A stretch of DNA of 64,000 nucleotides from Octopus vulgaris (GCA_951406725.2 OX597818.1:58528001-58592000); one strand, 5' to 3'; counted from the first letter of the stretch, positions 1-15,389 are shown. The notes: generated by a model from the sequence alone, not told the origin. Translations and numbers: made by a program.

Positions 1-291
1 CATGTAGCTGAGCACTACGCAGACACGTGTACCATTAACGTAGTTCTCGGGGAGATTCAGCGTGACACAGTGTCTGACAAGTTTGGCCCTTTGAGATACA
101 CGTACAACAGAAACAGGAAGAAAGATTGAGAGAACGTTGTGGTGAAAGACTGCAGCAGGATTCGTCACCCTGTCGGAACCTTGTTGAGCTTTAGGCGTTT
201 TCGCTCAATAAACACTTACAACGCCCGATCTGAGAATCGAAACCGCCATCCTATATCTGCGAGTCCGCCACCCTAAACACTGGGCAGTAGC

Positions 292-292
<1 letters not shown>
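1..292 (-). mobile_element. tRNA-derived SINE family A, partial copy (3' part runs off the window start)
   Basis: Collinear with the copy at 60023-60406 (ctgagcact..cagacacgtgtacc..ttttcgctcaataaacac..gaatcgaaaccgc); head abuts a (TA)n run. Confidence 0.85.
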
Positions 293-762
<470 letters not shown>

Positions 763-2417
763 GATTGTGCGTGTTTGTCTTCGTGTGTGTGTGTGTATGT
801 GTGTTTGCGTAGTGCTTCTGTGAGTTTTGTTTACATTCATTTTAGAGATTCCATGCCTGTCGCTGACATGATTTTTGAGTCAAAATATTTTCCAGCGTAT
901 TTTTTAAAAATATGCTGCTTGATCTAGCTATGAACACACCTAATTGTATGTGTTTCTTCGTTGAAATTATCTCGTTCACATATATAAAAATGTAATGTGT
1001 CTTAATAACATATTTTATGTAGGTTTCAAATTTTGGTACTAGGCCAGCAATTTTGGAGGGAAAGTGTAAATCGATTACATGGGTCCCGGTGAAGTGCTGG
1101 TACTTCTACTTTTGACACTGAAGAGATTTGTGGCAAGTCTTTCTCGGCGAAAATCGAACTCAGAACGTTCAGGTTTGTGCGTGAGTGTGGAGACACATGC
1201 ACAAACCTTAACAAATCTGAAATATATCTACACAGATTCAGCTATGAAATGAATTCCTATGTAATTCGTACGTAATTGTGATTGTATAAAAAATATATTC
1301 AGGTAGGGATGCACTTATGTTCACACGTTAGAAATGCCAGATGATTGTCAAAGGTAACGTCAATGTATCACGTGTTCGTTGGAGGAAGGAAATATTTAAC
1401 TTTTTACAAATTTCCAAAGAAAGCATTTTGAAATTTTCCAGAGAATGTTAATGGCTCATTTGTATTATTTTGTGTGTGTTAGCGGAATCTTTAGAGAGTT
1501 GAATGCGCATTTTGTATGATGTGTGGTCACGAACTGACATTAACATTATCCATTGAATTTTCGAGAGCTGATATTTGGGGCTAGAAATGGCTTCTTAGCC
1601 GTACTGAAGGCAATCTATCTAGGGAGATAACCTTACAATAAATCACTCGGTCCGTAGCTTAGAAATACTGGGTTGACGTCCAGCGGGAACAGCTTTGTTT
1701 CATGGAGGAGGAATTATCTTCTTTAGTACTTGGTTGTACAATGCTTTCCAATGTGTGTAGTAGTGGCGCGCGCACACATTATTAGCCATTTGACTATGAA
1801 AGTCTCGACCACGGGCGAACAATGATGATGATGTTTGTCTCTACAAGACTTGGAAGCATCTGTGCCACTCCATCGCTTTTTTTCTAGCAACACTCCGACT
1901 TAAATTTCAATGAAAGCAAGTATAAATCTACATAGATGTGGTTATAAAAATGCGTTTCTTTAAAATTTTATCTCTTCCCTTTCTCCACGGAACACCTCAT
2001 ATGTTCTTTCAGACATGTGTCCCAGATAGCTAATGCGAACAAGAAAATTGTGAGTGCTTTTCCCTTATTAATTATATCTTCGGCAAACGAATTTGAAAAA
2101 AAATAGTCATTCACTGACACACAAACACACATACGCACACAAACAGACGTAGGCGTGCGCGCGCATATAGTTATTGATGTTCCTTTTCATGTCCAGTTAT
2201 AATGAAAGCAAATTCTTCAAATTGTTCTGAAGGGTTACACCATAATTTTGTCGAGTAGAAATTTATCTTTCTTTAAGAAGAATTCGCTATAAACACTTCA
2301 CACACAAATACCTACAAGCACACACACACACACTCACACACACAAACACTTCACACACACACATATATACATACATGCTTATATATAATATATATATATA
2401 TATAAATATACATATAA

Positions 2418-2464
<47 letters not shown>

Positions 2465-2536
2465 CATATATATACACACACACACATATATATATATATA
2501 TAAATATATAAATATATATATATATAAATATATACA

Positions 2537-2570
<34 letters not shown>

Positions 2571-2594
2571 AATATATACATATATATATATATA

Positions 2595-3137
<543 letters not shown>

Positions 3138-3454
3138 CGAGAGTATTAGTTTGAAGACATTGCAGTTAAGAATAATAAATGTTCTAATATAATGATAAAT
3201 TGTTTCGCAAATTCTAAATCATTTTCAAGAATTTTTGCCGTTAACCATTAATTCAGACATGTAAGTAATTCAACGATATATTATACAGATATATAAAAGA
3301 GACATTTAACTCCACAGATTAAAATGTTTAACTTATATATATATTATTCAATATAGCAATATAAATTATTTACATGGTGCTATGTTACAAAATGATGTGT
3401 CATGATGTTAGAAGTTCCTTATTGTTAAATAAATTTTCGTTAAGCCATTTCTCT

Positions 3455-3599
3455 CTCACAAAAGACAAAGACAGGTGTATGAACAACAAGTAGGTGTATC
3501 AGTTTGGCGCTCGGGAAAGTGAGAAAGTCATTTTCGTTTCGAACCCACGCTCTTCAGCAGAACTGAATAAGAGAAAATAGAGAGAGAATAATTCATGGA

Positions 3600-3633
<34 letters not shown>

Positions 3634-3960
3634 CGTCAGAAAACCTTTGAACTTTACGTAAAACTGTTATTATTGTCATTACTTTATTTTTATATATTTA
3701 TATTTATACTTTCTAAACTTTTCTGTATTTCCTGGTGTGACCTTTCTGTCTGCGTTAGTCGCCATGATAGATCGTTAGCCACTACACACATGTTTTTCTC
3801 TCCTTGTTTCTCTCCTTCTTTTTTCTCTGTCCCTTTCTGTAGAAGAGCGTAGGCTCAAAACGTAAAATACTTTTTCTATTCTTGAGCGTTATACTAATAC
3901 ATCTGTTTGTTTTGTACACCACCTGTCTTCATGTTTTGAGTTTTTCGTAAACTCTCCCTA
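3455..3960. mobile_element. Two inverted copies of a short PLE terminal-repeat-like family with degenerate hammerhead motifs
   Basis: 3455-3590 (minus) and 3762-3960 (plus) are homologous. Motif cttt-CTGTAGA-agagc-gtag-gctc-AAAAC-GTA at ~3832-3866. A third copy lies at 9881-10063. Confidence 0.65.
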
Positions 3961-4379
3961 TATATATATATATATATATATACACAGTTATGAAAGAAAA
4001 AGGAAGACACGTAAAATACTCACTTATTCTTTTATCTAAAAATGAAAAGTTACGTTAAGAACATTATTGTGGTTATGGTAAATGTAGAATTATAATTAAT
4101 GACACTCGTAAAATCAAAAATGAGGGAGACTAATTTAGTGTGCCAATAACTTTAATGAATTCAGTATCATAGCATTGATGTGATACTAATTGTATGCCTG
4201 CAGCCCCATCCCCTGTATATCGACACACTAACTTTTATATATCTAAAATGTAATGCTTATCTTTCTCGCAGCCATATAACTGGTCTCGCTAAAACTGATA
4301 TTTCATTAACATAAATTTATAAACATAGATTTATATCTTTATGATGGTTCTGATCTGCTTTCTTTATTTCTATTTATTT

Positions 4380-4890
4380 ATGATATCTTTTTAACAATGA
4401 CATCTTCATGTGAATGGACTGACCACTTTTGCCCACTAGCGTCTTTCTACTCGCTTTCTGTTGAAGTATTTCTAGGTTATCATTGCTAGCATTGTGTTCA
4501 TGGTTATGTCTGTATATTCCTTGTTTTATTCTCCTTTCTCGCTCATTCCTTTAATACATCGAAGAGCCCTTCTCTATTCACTAAACTTTTCCTGGAGTAT
4601 ACTTAGCTAAATTTCCCTTCATTAAATGCTTATTCAAAATTCCTTTTATTAAATGCTTATTTAAATACTTATTTAATAATTAATGGAGCACTTTAATGAA
4701 GGCAAATTACGTAAATCCATAAGCAACACTGGAATTCAGTAAGCTACTCTGCAATGTAAAATAGTTCAAGGGCTTCATTTTGAAAAACGTTGGCATCTGT
4801 CTTCAAATATCTTATGATACGTCACATGTTAAGTTTTGCGCCTCTGGTACACAGCCTGTTTGGTCAATATCAGCCGGCATTAGCAAGTTC
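4380..4890 (-). mobile_element. Highly decayed LINE (RTE-like) RT C-terminal remnant
   Basis: Minus-strand fragments such as ILTKQAVY and RRALRCIKG resemble RTE ORF2 C-termini; many stops. Confidence 0.3.
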
Positions 4891-5387
4891 CAATATTTAA
4901 TGTTATCTTTAGAATAGAAATGACTTTGATCTCTTCTGAAATTTACATTCTGTTATCCACTCTCATGACTAAGGATTTGTGGTACGAGCCATAATGTATC
5001 GATTAATCCATATGTCATTGTTCATTCATTTTTCTAATATAGCTGGTGAATTGAGTGTTGAGTAAAGTATTATATAATCATATATGGGTTAGGCATGTAC
5101 CACGTTAACATGAAAAATAACGTCAACAGATTACGCATTCCTCTTTATTCTATGTATTTACGCCACATGCGTGTCCTGTTCATCTGTGGATACGCTTGGA
5201 TGCTTGTGGAGTTGCTAATTTCCGCAATAGAGCGAATGAATCCATGCTATGATAAACGTGTAACCGCCAAATTTACATCATTCTCCCTGTGTCATGTTGC
5301 TTTTCGATGTTTTGATTCTTTTTGGACCACTTTAATCATATAGATATACATACATACATTATATATATATATATATATATATATAAG

Positions 5388-5790
5388 TGGGAGTGGCTGT
5401 GTGGTAAGTAGCTTGTTTACCAACCACATGGTTCCGGGTTCAGTCCCACTGCGTGGTATCTTGGGTAAGCGTCTGCTACTATAGCCTCGGACCGAACAAA
5501 GCCTTGTGAGTGGATTTGGTAGACGGAAACTGAAAGAAGCCCGTCGTATATATGTATATATATATATGCGTGTGTGTGTTTGTGTGTCTGTGTTTGTTCC
5601 CCTAGCATTGCTTGACAACCGATACTGGTGTGTTTATGTCCCCGTTACTTAGCGGTTCGGCAAAAGAGACCGATAGAATAAGTACTGGGCTTACAAAAGA
5701 ATAAGTCCCGGGGTCGAGTTGCTCGATTAAAGGCGGTGCTCCAGCATGGTCGCAGTAAAATGACTGAAACAAGTAAAAGAGTAAAAGAGT
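5388..5790 (+). mobile_element. tRNA-derived SINE family B, near full length
   Basis: Head gtggctgtgtggtaagtagcttg...ggttcagtccc, CORE-like cttgggtaag, internal TA/TG tract, and tail aaggcggtgctccagcatggtcgcag..ctgaaacaagtaaaag. Many paralogs in the window. Confidence 0.9.
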
Positions 5791-6584
5791 ATATATATAT
5801 ATATATATGTACCTGTGTGTGTATAAAGTTAATTCTAAACAAGAGCCTTTTAGAAATATCTCCAATGTCCTACATATTCGTCACATTAAAACAAGTCTTA
5901 TTATATTTCCCTTATTCTACAAGTCAATAATCGATATCCTTTGTCGTGATCGAACAAAAGCGATTGCTATGCTAATTTGCAATCTTAAACGTCAAATTCT
6001 AAAAGACGAAACTGGTGTCTTTTCTATTAATACCTTTTGTAACTGGAACAATATGAGTTCCCACAATAGTGATAAATAACGTACCAAACAAGCTGCAAAT
6101 TAAAACAAATAACTTATTGGAATATCTTATTGAAAGCGAATATCAATCTAGCGAAAGGCAACTGTGTTAGAACATTGTGTTGCAGATGTTTGCAAGCGGG
6201 ATGTTCTATTTATTCGAACATTATGTTTAAATCACATCGTAAATCATGAATGGAACATAGTGTAATTAAAATTTCTCATGTAGAAGCATGTACAAGCAAT
6301 ACACGCATTCGCATGAACGTCGCCCTAATACTACCCTACGTAGTTATCTCACATTCATTTCAAACTCTGCGTATAGATAAATATAAATATAAACAACAAA
6401 TGTGCGTGTATAATTACGTGACGTATGCATACATGTATACGCATGTATATATCCGTTTAAATATCTGATTTGAAAGCTACTTGATGTGGTATCGTGTGTT
6501 GAATGAGATATTGTTATATTTGGTAATAATATCATTATGTTAGCCCATTCTGACAGAATAGCATGAACAGGAGGAAACACGTAG

Positions 6585-8070
6585 GACTGAAAGTGGTGGA
6601 AGAAGTCACTGGATGTGCGACGTTCAGACAGAAGACATTAAAATGAAATAAGGATTAATAAATGTGAAGTGTATATCGTGGGTGTATTTAATTGTCAAAA
6701 ACAACATTGCCCACCCCAAATACAATAACACACACTCACACATTATTTTTAAAAAGAAAATTCAAGTAGGTTAAACAATTTAGAATTATAATGCAGAGTA
6801 TACTCATCCATAAATCCGGTGTATGAAAATTATTGAAGCATACTTAATGTATCACTAATTACAATATTACAAAATATTACAAAAATTACAGATAGATAAA
6901 TATATAAGAATATATTAGACATATATGCGTAGAAAAATTATACTGATGTATAAATATATATTAACCTCTTAAAAGGGGTATGTTTAAGGCATCACCCTAC
7001 TTACAGATTAAGAGGGTTGTTACAAATATATGAAAAGAAATTTTTTAAAAATTATTTCAAGTGTATTAAAATAAGAGTAAATTCTTGCGAAAAGGTGAAT
7101 AAAGAAATGCTTAAGCCTCCAAATGGAAGATACATTTCTAATTATCAGATGTAGATACTCCAATTTCAAGAATTAAGCGGTGATAGTCCGATGGCTCTTT
7201 CATTAGTACAGTAATCCATACAGATAAAAGATACTCCTAACCAGATTTTACACAGTGACCCCTTCATCAGGGAGAATGTATTAGGATTCACATCCAGTGA
7301 CTTCTTCCACCACTTTCAGTCAATATACTGTCATGATTAGTAAATGTTTTTTTTGTTTTGTTTTATAAAAAGTTATGCAGGTTAGTAGGAAGAGGAAATA
7401 TTATAGCAAGAATTGTGGCCAAAAATTTAGAAAATATGGTAGATTATAAGCAAGCAATTATTCCCTAAAATGAAGGTGAGGGGTAGTGCGAGTATAAATA
7501 TTAGTTGAAATTTATCTAATTAAAGAGTTTAATGATCAATGTATCCGGATTGATCAAAAGGCTTAAATGTTGAATGGTATCTACGGTTAAAAGAGTACAT
7601 AGCATCAGAGAACTTATTCAATAATATAGAATTATATCTACAGAGAATGTTTATAGATTCTTCAATACAAAATGTGCATATAAGCGTCTTTGTATTATAC
7701 GGCGGGGCTTCTGCTAATGTAGACCAAAGTAACGAATACTGTATATTTTTTAACTCAGGTTCGTGTATATATATATATATATATATATATAGCTATGTTG
7801 TGAATTTATAGTTTAAGTTAGTAAAAGAATTCAAATGAGTCCTATAGCAACGCTTTCAATCAGTATTTCTTCCTTTGTAAACTCTTAGCCTGTGTGAGAC
7901 ATGTATCTCTACACGGCACTTATAAACTACATCTCTGCGCAGGCAGGAGCTAGCAAGTGGGCATGAGTCCGGCATACGACAATTACATGTTTTTATTCTT
8001 GTTTCAACATTAATATTCCGTTTTAATGAGTGACACATTAAATATATTCTAATAATTTGCAATTATATAA
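6585..8070 (-). mobile_element. Penelope/Poseidon-like element 3' remnant (GIY-YIG region plus terminal region with inverted repeat)
   Basis: ORF 7856-8062 reads CNCRMPDSCPLASSCLRRDVVYKCRV..YKG, matching CNFR..SCPLEGKCL..VVYRAKV..YTG of the 36-37 kb element. Perfect 33-bp inverted repeat at 6585-6617 / 7289-7321. Hammerhead half-motifs at ~6574 and ~7265. Confidence 0.7.
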
Positions 8071-8084
8071 TAAACAATTTTTTT

Positions 8085-8944
8085 CTAGTTTCAGCTCAGA
8101 GCTGCGGCCATGCTGATGCACCGCCGTTTTGTGCTACACTGTTATTACGACGAACCTCGTCTAATATGTGGCACTTGGTGAAGGATGGAGTTTGATACAG
8201 CTACTCTCATTTGCACCTCTTGCCGTGAGGTAGGTTCATCTGGGACTCTTGACAGGAAGATGCCCAGCTTTAATTTAAAAACCGCTACATCTACTTTGTG
8301 CAAGTTCCTCCGACTCTTTGGGAGAATATTAAAAAGCTGTGGGCCCTTGAAACCCAGGCTGTTGCAGAAGTTGGTCCTGAAGCGTGATGGCATTGCTGGG
8401 ATCTTTGGCACTGTGCAGTATCGTCCCGTTCTAGCATTGGTATAGCTTACAATGCCAAAATTTGGCACAATTCCTTCCAGGATCTTCCAGACATATATCA
8501 CTGCATACCTCTTCCATCTTCTCTCCAGAGCGTAGAGTCTTAGCTGTTTCAACCTTTCCCAGTAGCTGAGCTGTTGCAAAGAGACGATCTTCTTTGTGAA
8601 TCTTCTCTGGATTGCTTCAAGGTCCGCTGTTAATTTTACACTGGTGGGTGACCATAGCTGTGAGCAGTAATCCAGGGAGGACGAATGTCCGCCAGAGGAC
8701 CATCATGGTTTCCTTATCTCTGGTTCTGAATGTTCTTAGGATCCACCCAGCCAGTCGTCTGCACTTTGTCGCCATCTTGGTAATGTGCACTTGGAAAGAG
8801 GTATCACCACTCATGTCGATACCCAGGTCCCTCACAGACTTAGGCTCTGGGATTGAAATTCCCTGTGGACCGGTGTATCATGTAAGTTTAATATTCAGTT
8901 TTGGATGCTGGTAGCGCAGGGCCTGGAATTTTTCAGCATTAAAC

Positions 8945-8947
<3 letters not shown>
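8085..8947 (-). mobile_element. CR1/L2-type LINE, 5'-truncated 3' end (ORF2 C-terminus plus tail)
   Basis: RDLGIDMS..HITKMATKCRRLAGWILRTF and LSYWERLKQLRLYALERR..IYVWKIL are typical CR1-group RT C-terminal motifs. Frameshifted. Stem-loop tail at 8085-8127. Confidence 0.9.
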
Positions 8948-8992
<45 letters not shown>

Positions 8993-9212
8993 TTATGAGA
9001 GGTAATGGTGTCAATAAGACCCGAAAACATCAGATAATGCTGAGTAAGTGCTATGGACCGACCATAGTTAAGCTCCAGGTTCGGTGATTATGCGAATAAG
9101 GAGTCCAACGTAGGTCCTATATTAGCATATGTATATATAAAAAAAATTTTTTCGGAATAAGATAAAAAAAAAAACAAGCCTGTGAAGAATTTAGAACATT
9201 TATAATTAGATG

Positions 9213-9260
9213 GTCTTATAGGTGTTTCCAGAATATTTTATGCATCCCTTCATCGGAGAC
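9213..9260 (-). ncRNA. Degenerate minimal hammerhead ribozyme motif
   Basis: gtct-CCGATGA-agggatgcataaaatattctg-GAAAC-acct-ATA-agac. Paralog of 20749-20796, but stem III is disrupted (ATA where the paralog has GTA). Confidence 0.55.
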
Positions 9261-9330
9261 GGTATGAGAAAATGGTTAAACATTCCTCCACTTCACTCTC
9301 TATTTCATAACTTATATAATGTAACTATTG

Positions 9331-9427
<97 letters not shown>

Positions 9428-9822
9428 TGTACCGTCTACATTTTACTGGTATCAGGTAGAGACTGACGCCACTCAGAAGCATGGACTTTCAGTGTGGTGA
9501 AGTAGAGAGTTAGACAAAGCTACATACAAGAAATATTCCATATTTTCATTGTTAAACACCAGTTGCTTATCGGTGGGCAGAAGCAGACCCTAAAATATTC
9601 GCACCTTCAAACATGGAAAGGAAATGTAATTATGCAAGCAAGACGTAAACAGGAGGAGGTTCTACGGTAGAGGCCAGTGTAAAATGTAGCTTGCCTGTAT
9701 CCAGTGGTAATTTGTGTTCTCAATAAGTAAGACTAAATATCTTTAAAACGTTTTGCAAGGCATATAGAACTACAAAACTATATGAAATTTTAGCATTATA
9801 TACATGTGCGTGTGTGCATGTG

Positions 9823-9880
<58 letters not shown>

Positions 9881-9883
<3 letters not shown>

Positions 9884-10063
9884 TGATAGATGGTTAGCCA
9901 CTACACACATTTTTTTTCTCTCCTTGTTTTTTTCTGTGTCCCTTTCTGTAGAAGACCGAAGGCTCGAAAGGTAAAATAGTTTTTTTCTATTCCTGAGCGT
10001 TATACTAATACATATGTTTGTTTTGTACACCACCTGTCTTTTGTTTTTTTCGTAAATTCTCCA
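9881..10063 (+). mobile_element. Short (TA)n-bounded PLE terminal-repeat-like element (same family as 3762-3960)
   Basis: catgatagatggttagccactacacac...ctgtagaagaccgaaggctcgaaaggtaaaa...aaattctccatata is collinear with 3762-3960. Confidence 0.75.
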
Positions 10064-11091
10064 TATATATATATATTTATATATATATATGTATGTATAT
10101 ATATGTGTGTGTGTGTGTATGTGTTTGTGAGTGTACGTGTGTATACACACACATAAAATCCTTGCCTTTCATTCTCTAGGGTCAATGAATTAAGTGCCAG
10201 TTGCATACTGGAGTCGACCTAACGTAGTGGCCCTCTTCCACAAAATTTCGGGTCTTGTGCCTAGTTCAGGAAAGGATATTCTGTAGGAATATTTGGACGT
10301 ATGTTACGCCTGTCATTGAGGTTGTTGCGGAAAGTTGTTTGTGTTGAAACTTTTTGCGTTTGCATTTTATATATATTAAAAAGAAGTTATTGTGCTTCCT
10401 TTCTATATTCATAATTCCGATACCGCTAACAACATTATAAGGAGTGTTTCAAGAATTTGTTTTCACATATTACGAATTATGAGAAATGTCTGTTAAAAAA
10501 AATATCTCCTATTTGAAGAAAATCTTCTAACAATTACAAAGGAAACCTACAAAAGTAATTCATACAATATGGTAAAAACAAAAACCCCATACACAAATTA
10601 TATTTCTTCTTTTCAATCGAAATGTAGGTCACATGTTTATCGAGTTTCGATATAAACGTGTTTCTCATTCTGTTGAAAAACACTGGTTAATATACTGAAG
10701 TAAATGTGATTGTCCTATTTATGTTTCAAAACAGTGTTTTCTGCCCGGAGAATTTTTTTTTTTTTACACTGGTAGGCGTAAATACATATTGTGGCAGCAG
10801 ATTCAACTCACACATATATATCTCACATATTTGTTTATCAATCAATTACTTTCCTTTCTTTGACACAAAGTATACATATCCACAAACACATACATAAATT
10901 ATTGAAATTATCGATACACCTTATTTTTTTCATTGACTGAATTAATATATAATTGTCAAACAAAGATTCTACAAACAGCCTTATATACATAAAAGCTCCC
11001 TCGTGTGTATACAAGTAGTGGTATAGATATGTTTATATCCTTTTATATATGTGTGTATATGCGTATGGTTTGGCGTGGTAGTCATATCCTT

Positions 11092-11171
<80 letters not shown>

Positions 11172-11505
11172 TTTAATACAAATGCTTGTTTTCATAAAAA
11201 TTTGCTGACTTGAAGCTGCTTTTCGGATTGCTTCATTTGTTTACGCTACCGTTTATCACGTGGTATTTGCATTTCTTAGAAGTTGTGTTGGCAGTCGTAG
11301 TTCGATGCTTTTGATTGTTCATGAGTTTGTTTCATGTTTATTGATTGGGTGCCGTACTTCTGGCCTCTTTATTGGTTTGTTTACCTTATTTTTATGATGT
11401 GATGTTTGTGTTTATTCTACTTATAGGTAGGACTGTGCGTTATTGATGTGTTTAAAGATATTGCCGAGAACTGACGATAGATTAGTTTATTTACTTGTGT
11501 CTGTG

Positions 11506-11537
<32 letters not shown>

Positions 11538-11542
11538 AGATT

Positions 11543-11765
11543 AAGGCGGCGAGCTGGCATAAACGTTGGCACGCCGGGCGAAATGCGTAGCCGTATTTCG
11601 TCTGCCGTTACGTTCTGAGTTCAAATTCCGCCGAGGTCGACTTTGCCTTTCGGGGTCGATTAAACGAGTACCAGTTACTCGGGTAGATATAATTGACTTT
11701 ATCCGTTTGTCTGTCCTTGTTTGTCCCCTCTGCGTTTAGCCCCTTGTGGGTAGTAAAGAAATAGG
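11543..11765 (+). mobile_element. tRNA-derived SINE family C monomer
   Basis: Head aggcggcgagctggc...gagttcaaattcc (B box), central gtcgactttgcctttc..ggggtcgat..agtaccag, tail ending gtaaagaaatagg. Confidence 0.9.
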
Positions 11766-11818
11766 TGCATACATACATATATATATATACATACATACAT
11801 ACATATATACATACATAT

Positions 11819-11877
<59 letters not shown>

Positions 11878-12836
11878 AGATTGAGAATATTTTTCAGAAA
11901 GAATATTTATGAATGGGGTTTGTTGCTAAGTTAATTAAAGAAATATATAGTTTGAGTAGCGCTATCCGTAATGAATGCTGCTTTTTCGGGACAGCTGATT
12001 TGTAGATGTTTTGTCAGACGAAAAAAAATTGATTATGTGGATGTATGGTTTTCATGTTTTTTATTTTTTTTTCTACGTGACTCTTTAAACTTTTATAATT
12101 TTACTTTTTCTACGTTTGATATGCATTTAAGGAAATATATGTGTATGTGTGAAAGTGTTTGTGGGGGAGTACGGATATAGACAGAAACAGAGAGAGAGAG
12201 AGCACAAACGAGGAGAGCAAAAGTGAGGAAGATGCAGACAGATATTTATATAAATATATACAGTTATAAATATATACAAATATATATATATATATATATA
12301 TATACATATTGTTATATTTGCCAGTTTAGCCAATAAAATCACACGCACTATATATTTGGTGTTACTTTGCTTCAGTGTTATTTATTTTTTACATTAATCT
12401 TAATCTTATTTCGGCCAGAGTTCTTTCGTCACACTCCTGTGACCGCATCAGTGGTCCTTTGTTTTCTTCTTTCTTATTTGTGTCTCTCCTTACTAACCGT
12501 CAGCCATTTTGTATTTCTATTCAAAAAGTTGCTTTCCTTTGTCCCATTTTATCTTATGCACCTAACTTCTCAATAAATTCAACGATTACAATTCTGCATT
12601 GGCACTATGCTATCAATAGCATAAGAGACATGAGATTTATAAATAACTACTTCATGTTCCGCCATATATATGGCAGAACAGACATGAAATATTTTCATAC
12701 TCTAGTTAGTTAAAGAAAGGTCCTACACTTATATAAATGAAAAGAAAAAACACCTTTTACGTCTTTACAAAACATAACTATCACAATATGCATACATACA
12801 CACACACACACACTCACACACATACACACATATATA

Positions 12837-12867
<31 letters not shown>

Positions 12868-12900
12868 GTATCTATGAAAGTATCTATGTGCGTATATATT

Positions 12901-12931
<31 letters not shown>

Positions 12932-13844
12932 TCGTATACATACACACACAGAAACAGGGTGCAACTCAGTGAGACCGAACCCAAAACCATGTCGTTGGTA
13001 AGCAAGATACTTACCTCAGAGCCACTCCTGCGCCTATACAAAATACTTATAAAAAGTGAATACAACTTTAATGATCGAAATTATAAATGTTCGTTTAAGA
13101 AAATACACCTGAATGACGACAAAACATAGGCCAAACGAAATACTTAATATGTTTCGGTGAGAAACGCACACAGATTAAAACAGTGGATTATCTTAGAAAT
13201 AATCTATATTTTCGAATCATCATTTCCAAATATGTTCCTTTCAACTGAGAAACATAGCTACTGTTGGGTCCCAGTTATATGGAATCTTAAACTTAAGAAC
13301 TGAAAGTTTTTTTTGAAGCGGTGAGGATTATATTTTGTCGTAACTTATACACATTCAAAAAAAAACAAAAAAAAACGTCGCTGTGCATTTCAAAATTTTG
13401 TTCGCAAAAATATTCCAATCTCTCTTTTGTAAACCTAATCCAGCCTTGGTATGTTCTGCACGATAAAATTTTAACTAAGTTAAATTTGATTAGCATATTT
13501 TTTTTGCAAATGACAGATTTCAATAAAGTGAATAAGAGTTAATTCCGCTTGCTAGTAACAGATAAAGAGATAAATATCACATATTTGCTCAATCTATTCA
13601 GCGGGAAGCCATGTTATACGCTTCCGATATCTCACTATTCAACCATGTAAAAAATAAATTAATGCATGTAACATTTATTAGTACCTAAATATGCCCGTCT
13701 AGTCTAAATTATTGGCTACGCATTTTACAAAATTATTCCTAATTTATATCCGTGTTTTGAGTGTTGATATGTCTAATAAATCCCCAAACCATGACGGCTA
13801 AACTTATAAATGTAATATTTTAACAATCTGTTATGGGTTGCTCT

Positions 13845-13918
<74 letters not shown>

Positions 13919-13969
13919 GGGGTGCTCGTGTGTATATGTGTGTGGCTGCAATAGTTGGACTCACTCATG

Positions 13970-14600
13970 GAAATTGTTAAACAGAAGATTTATTTTTTGT
14001 TACTTTGTTGTTCCAATTCTAATGTTATTCGCTGGGACCAATTCAAGGGCTTTGTTCCTATTTAGTGACATTCATAACAAACTTGAATAACGCTCACTGG
14101 GTGTCGGAGGCCTATTTCTCAGGATGATTGCGCTACAATATCTGTACCATAGTCCTCTTTCGTAACAAGAAGTTCTACACTTATGAGCAAAAACATAGAC
14201 CTGATGAGCCAAAATACACAGACGGTTATTGCTCCATTATCAACGTTAATGATGAACAGAAGAGATATACGGGTTACAGCCCTCTCCCGGAATCTGCTTC
14301 AAGGAGCTCACAAAGAACAATATTTTTGATATAGTTTTCTTTGACGCAATGGCGGTTCATCTCGTCTATCATTATACTACCTAATTCAAGGCTTTGTTTA
14401 AAGACAAGAACTGCTTCACTATTTTACATCTTCTGCCTCTAGAGCATTGTACTCCATCATGGCGTTCAATCGTCAGATTAAGTTATATGCTGGTTTTGGA
14501 AAGCCAACATTAATTCAAAGTGTGTGCTTCGAAAACGATAAGCAATTAAACAATTTTAATGACACAACCTCCGGTCATCCATGCTCTGACATGTCTCGTT
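13970..14600 (-). pseudogene. Decayed hAT-like transposase remnant
   Basis: Minus-strand fragments EAHTLN*, TP*WSTM and PSER-like occur in the order of hAT motifs CxAHxLNL, TRWxS and SERxFS; many disruptions. Confidence 0.45.
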
Positions 14601-14654
14601 CTCTAAAATCAAATATATCATATATTGTGACGCATTGATAAAACAATTATATAA

Positions 14655-14707
<53 letters not shown>

Positions 14708-14783
14708 TTATATACTTGTTTTATCAATGCGTCACAATATATGATATATTTGATTTTAGAGAACGAGACATGTCAGAGCATGG
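14578..14783. repeat. Near-perfect ~83-bp inverted repeat centred on a (TA)n run
   Basis: tccatgctctgacatgtctcgttctctaaaatc...aaaacaaca, then (TA)n, then tgttgtttt...gattttagagaacgagacatgtcagagcatgga. Confidence 0.9.
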
Positions 14784-15389
14784 AGACAGACACACAACTT
14801 CACTTTTATATATGAAGATATATATATATATAATCATATGACTTGTTGTCAACAAGAAGGTATATAAAGGAACATTTATTTGTAATCACTGCAATTGTTT
14901 CCACGTAACGTATTTCTCCAAGGTTCGCAGGTATTTATTTTTGCAACCGTTTCCCTGCATACTGAGATACTGAGATAGTGCTGCGTTTCATAAGGTGATA
15001 TATAAACATTGTTTCTGTGTTGAAACTTTAAGTTTCGACTACATCCTATATGTCTGTCACGAGTGGTGAAGTCTCGAAGGTCAGCCAGTAGCAATCAGAT
15101 GTGTAACCGACCATCCAACAATGAATTAGCAGCACAATGAAATACCCTGACTCTCTCTTAAATATGAGCCACAATAGTTACCTTCCATAGCATAGCCACC
15201 CTCCCACTCCATCTATACATTTAAAGCATGTTCATCAACAGACTTTCAACTACAACATACATACACTTTGAAATACTGAGTGGATACGAGTACCTCGCAT
15301 AGCTAAGACCGACAGAAAAGATGCGGTCGAAACTGAAAATCTGAGTTTACGGAAAACATAAACACTATTTATATATCTCCAAGACAACG

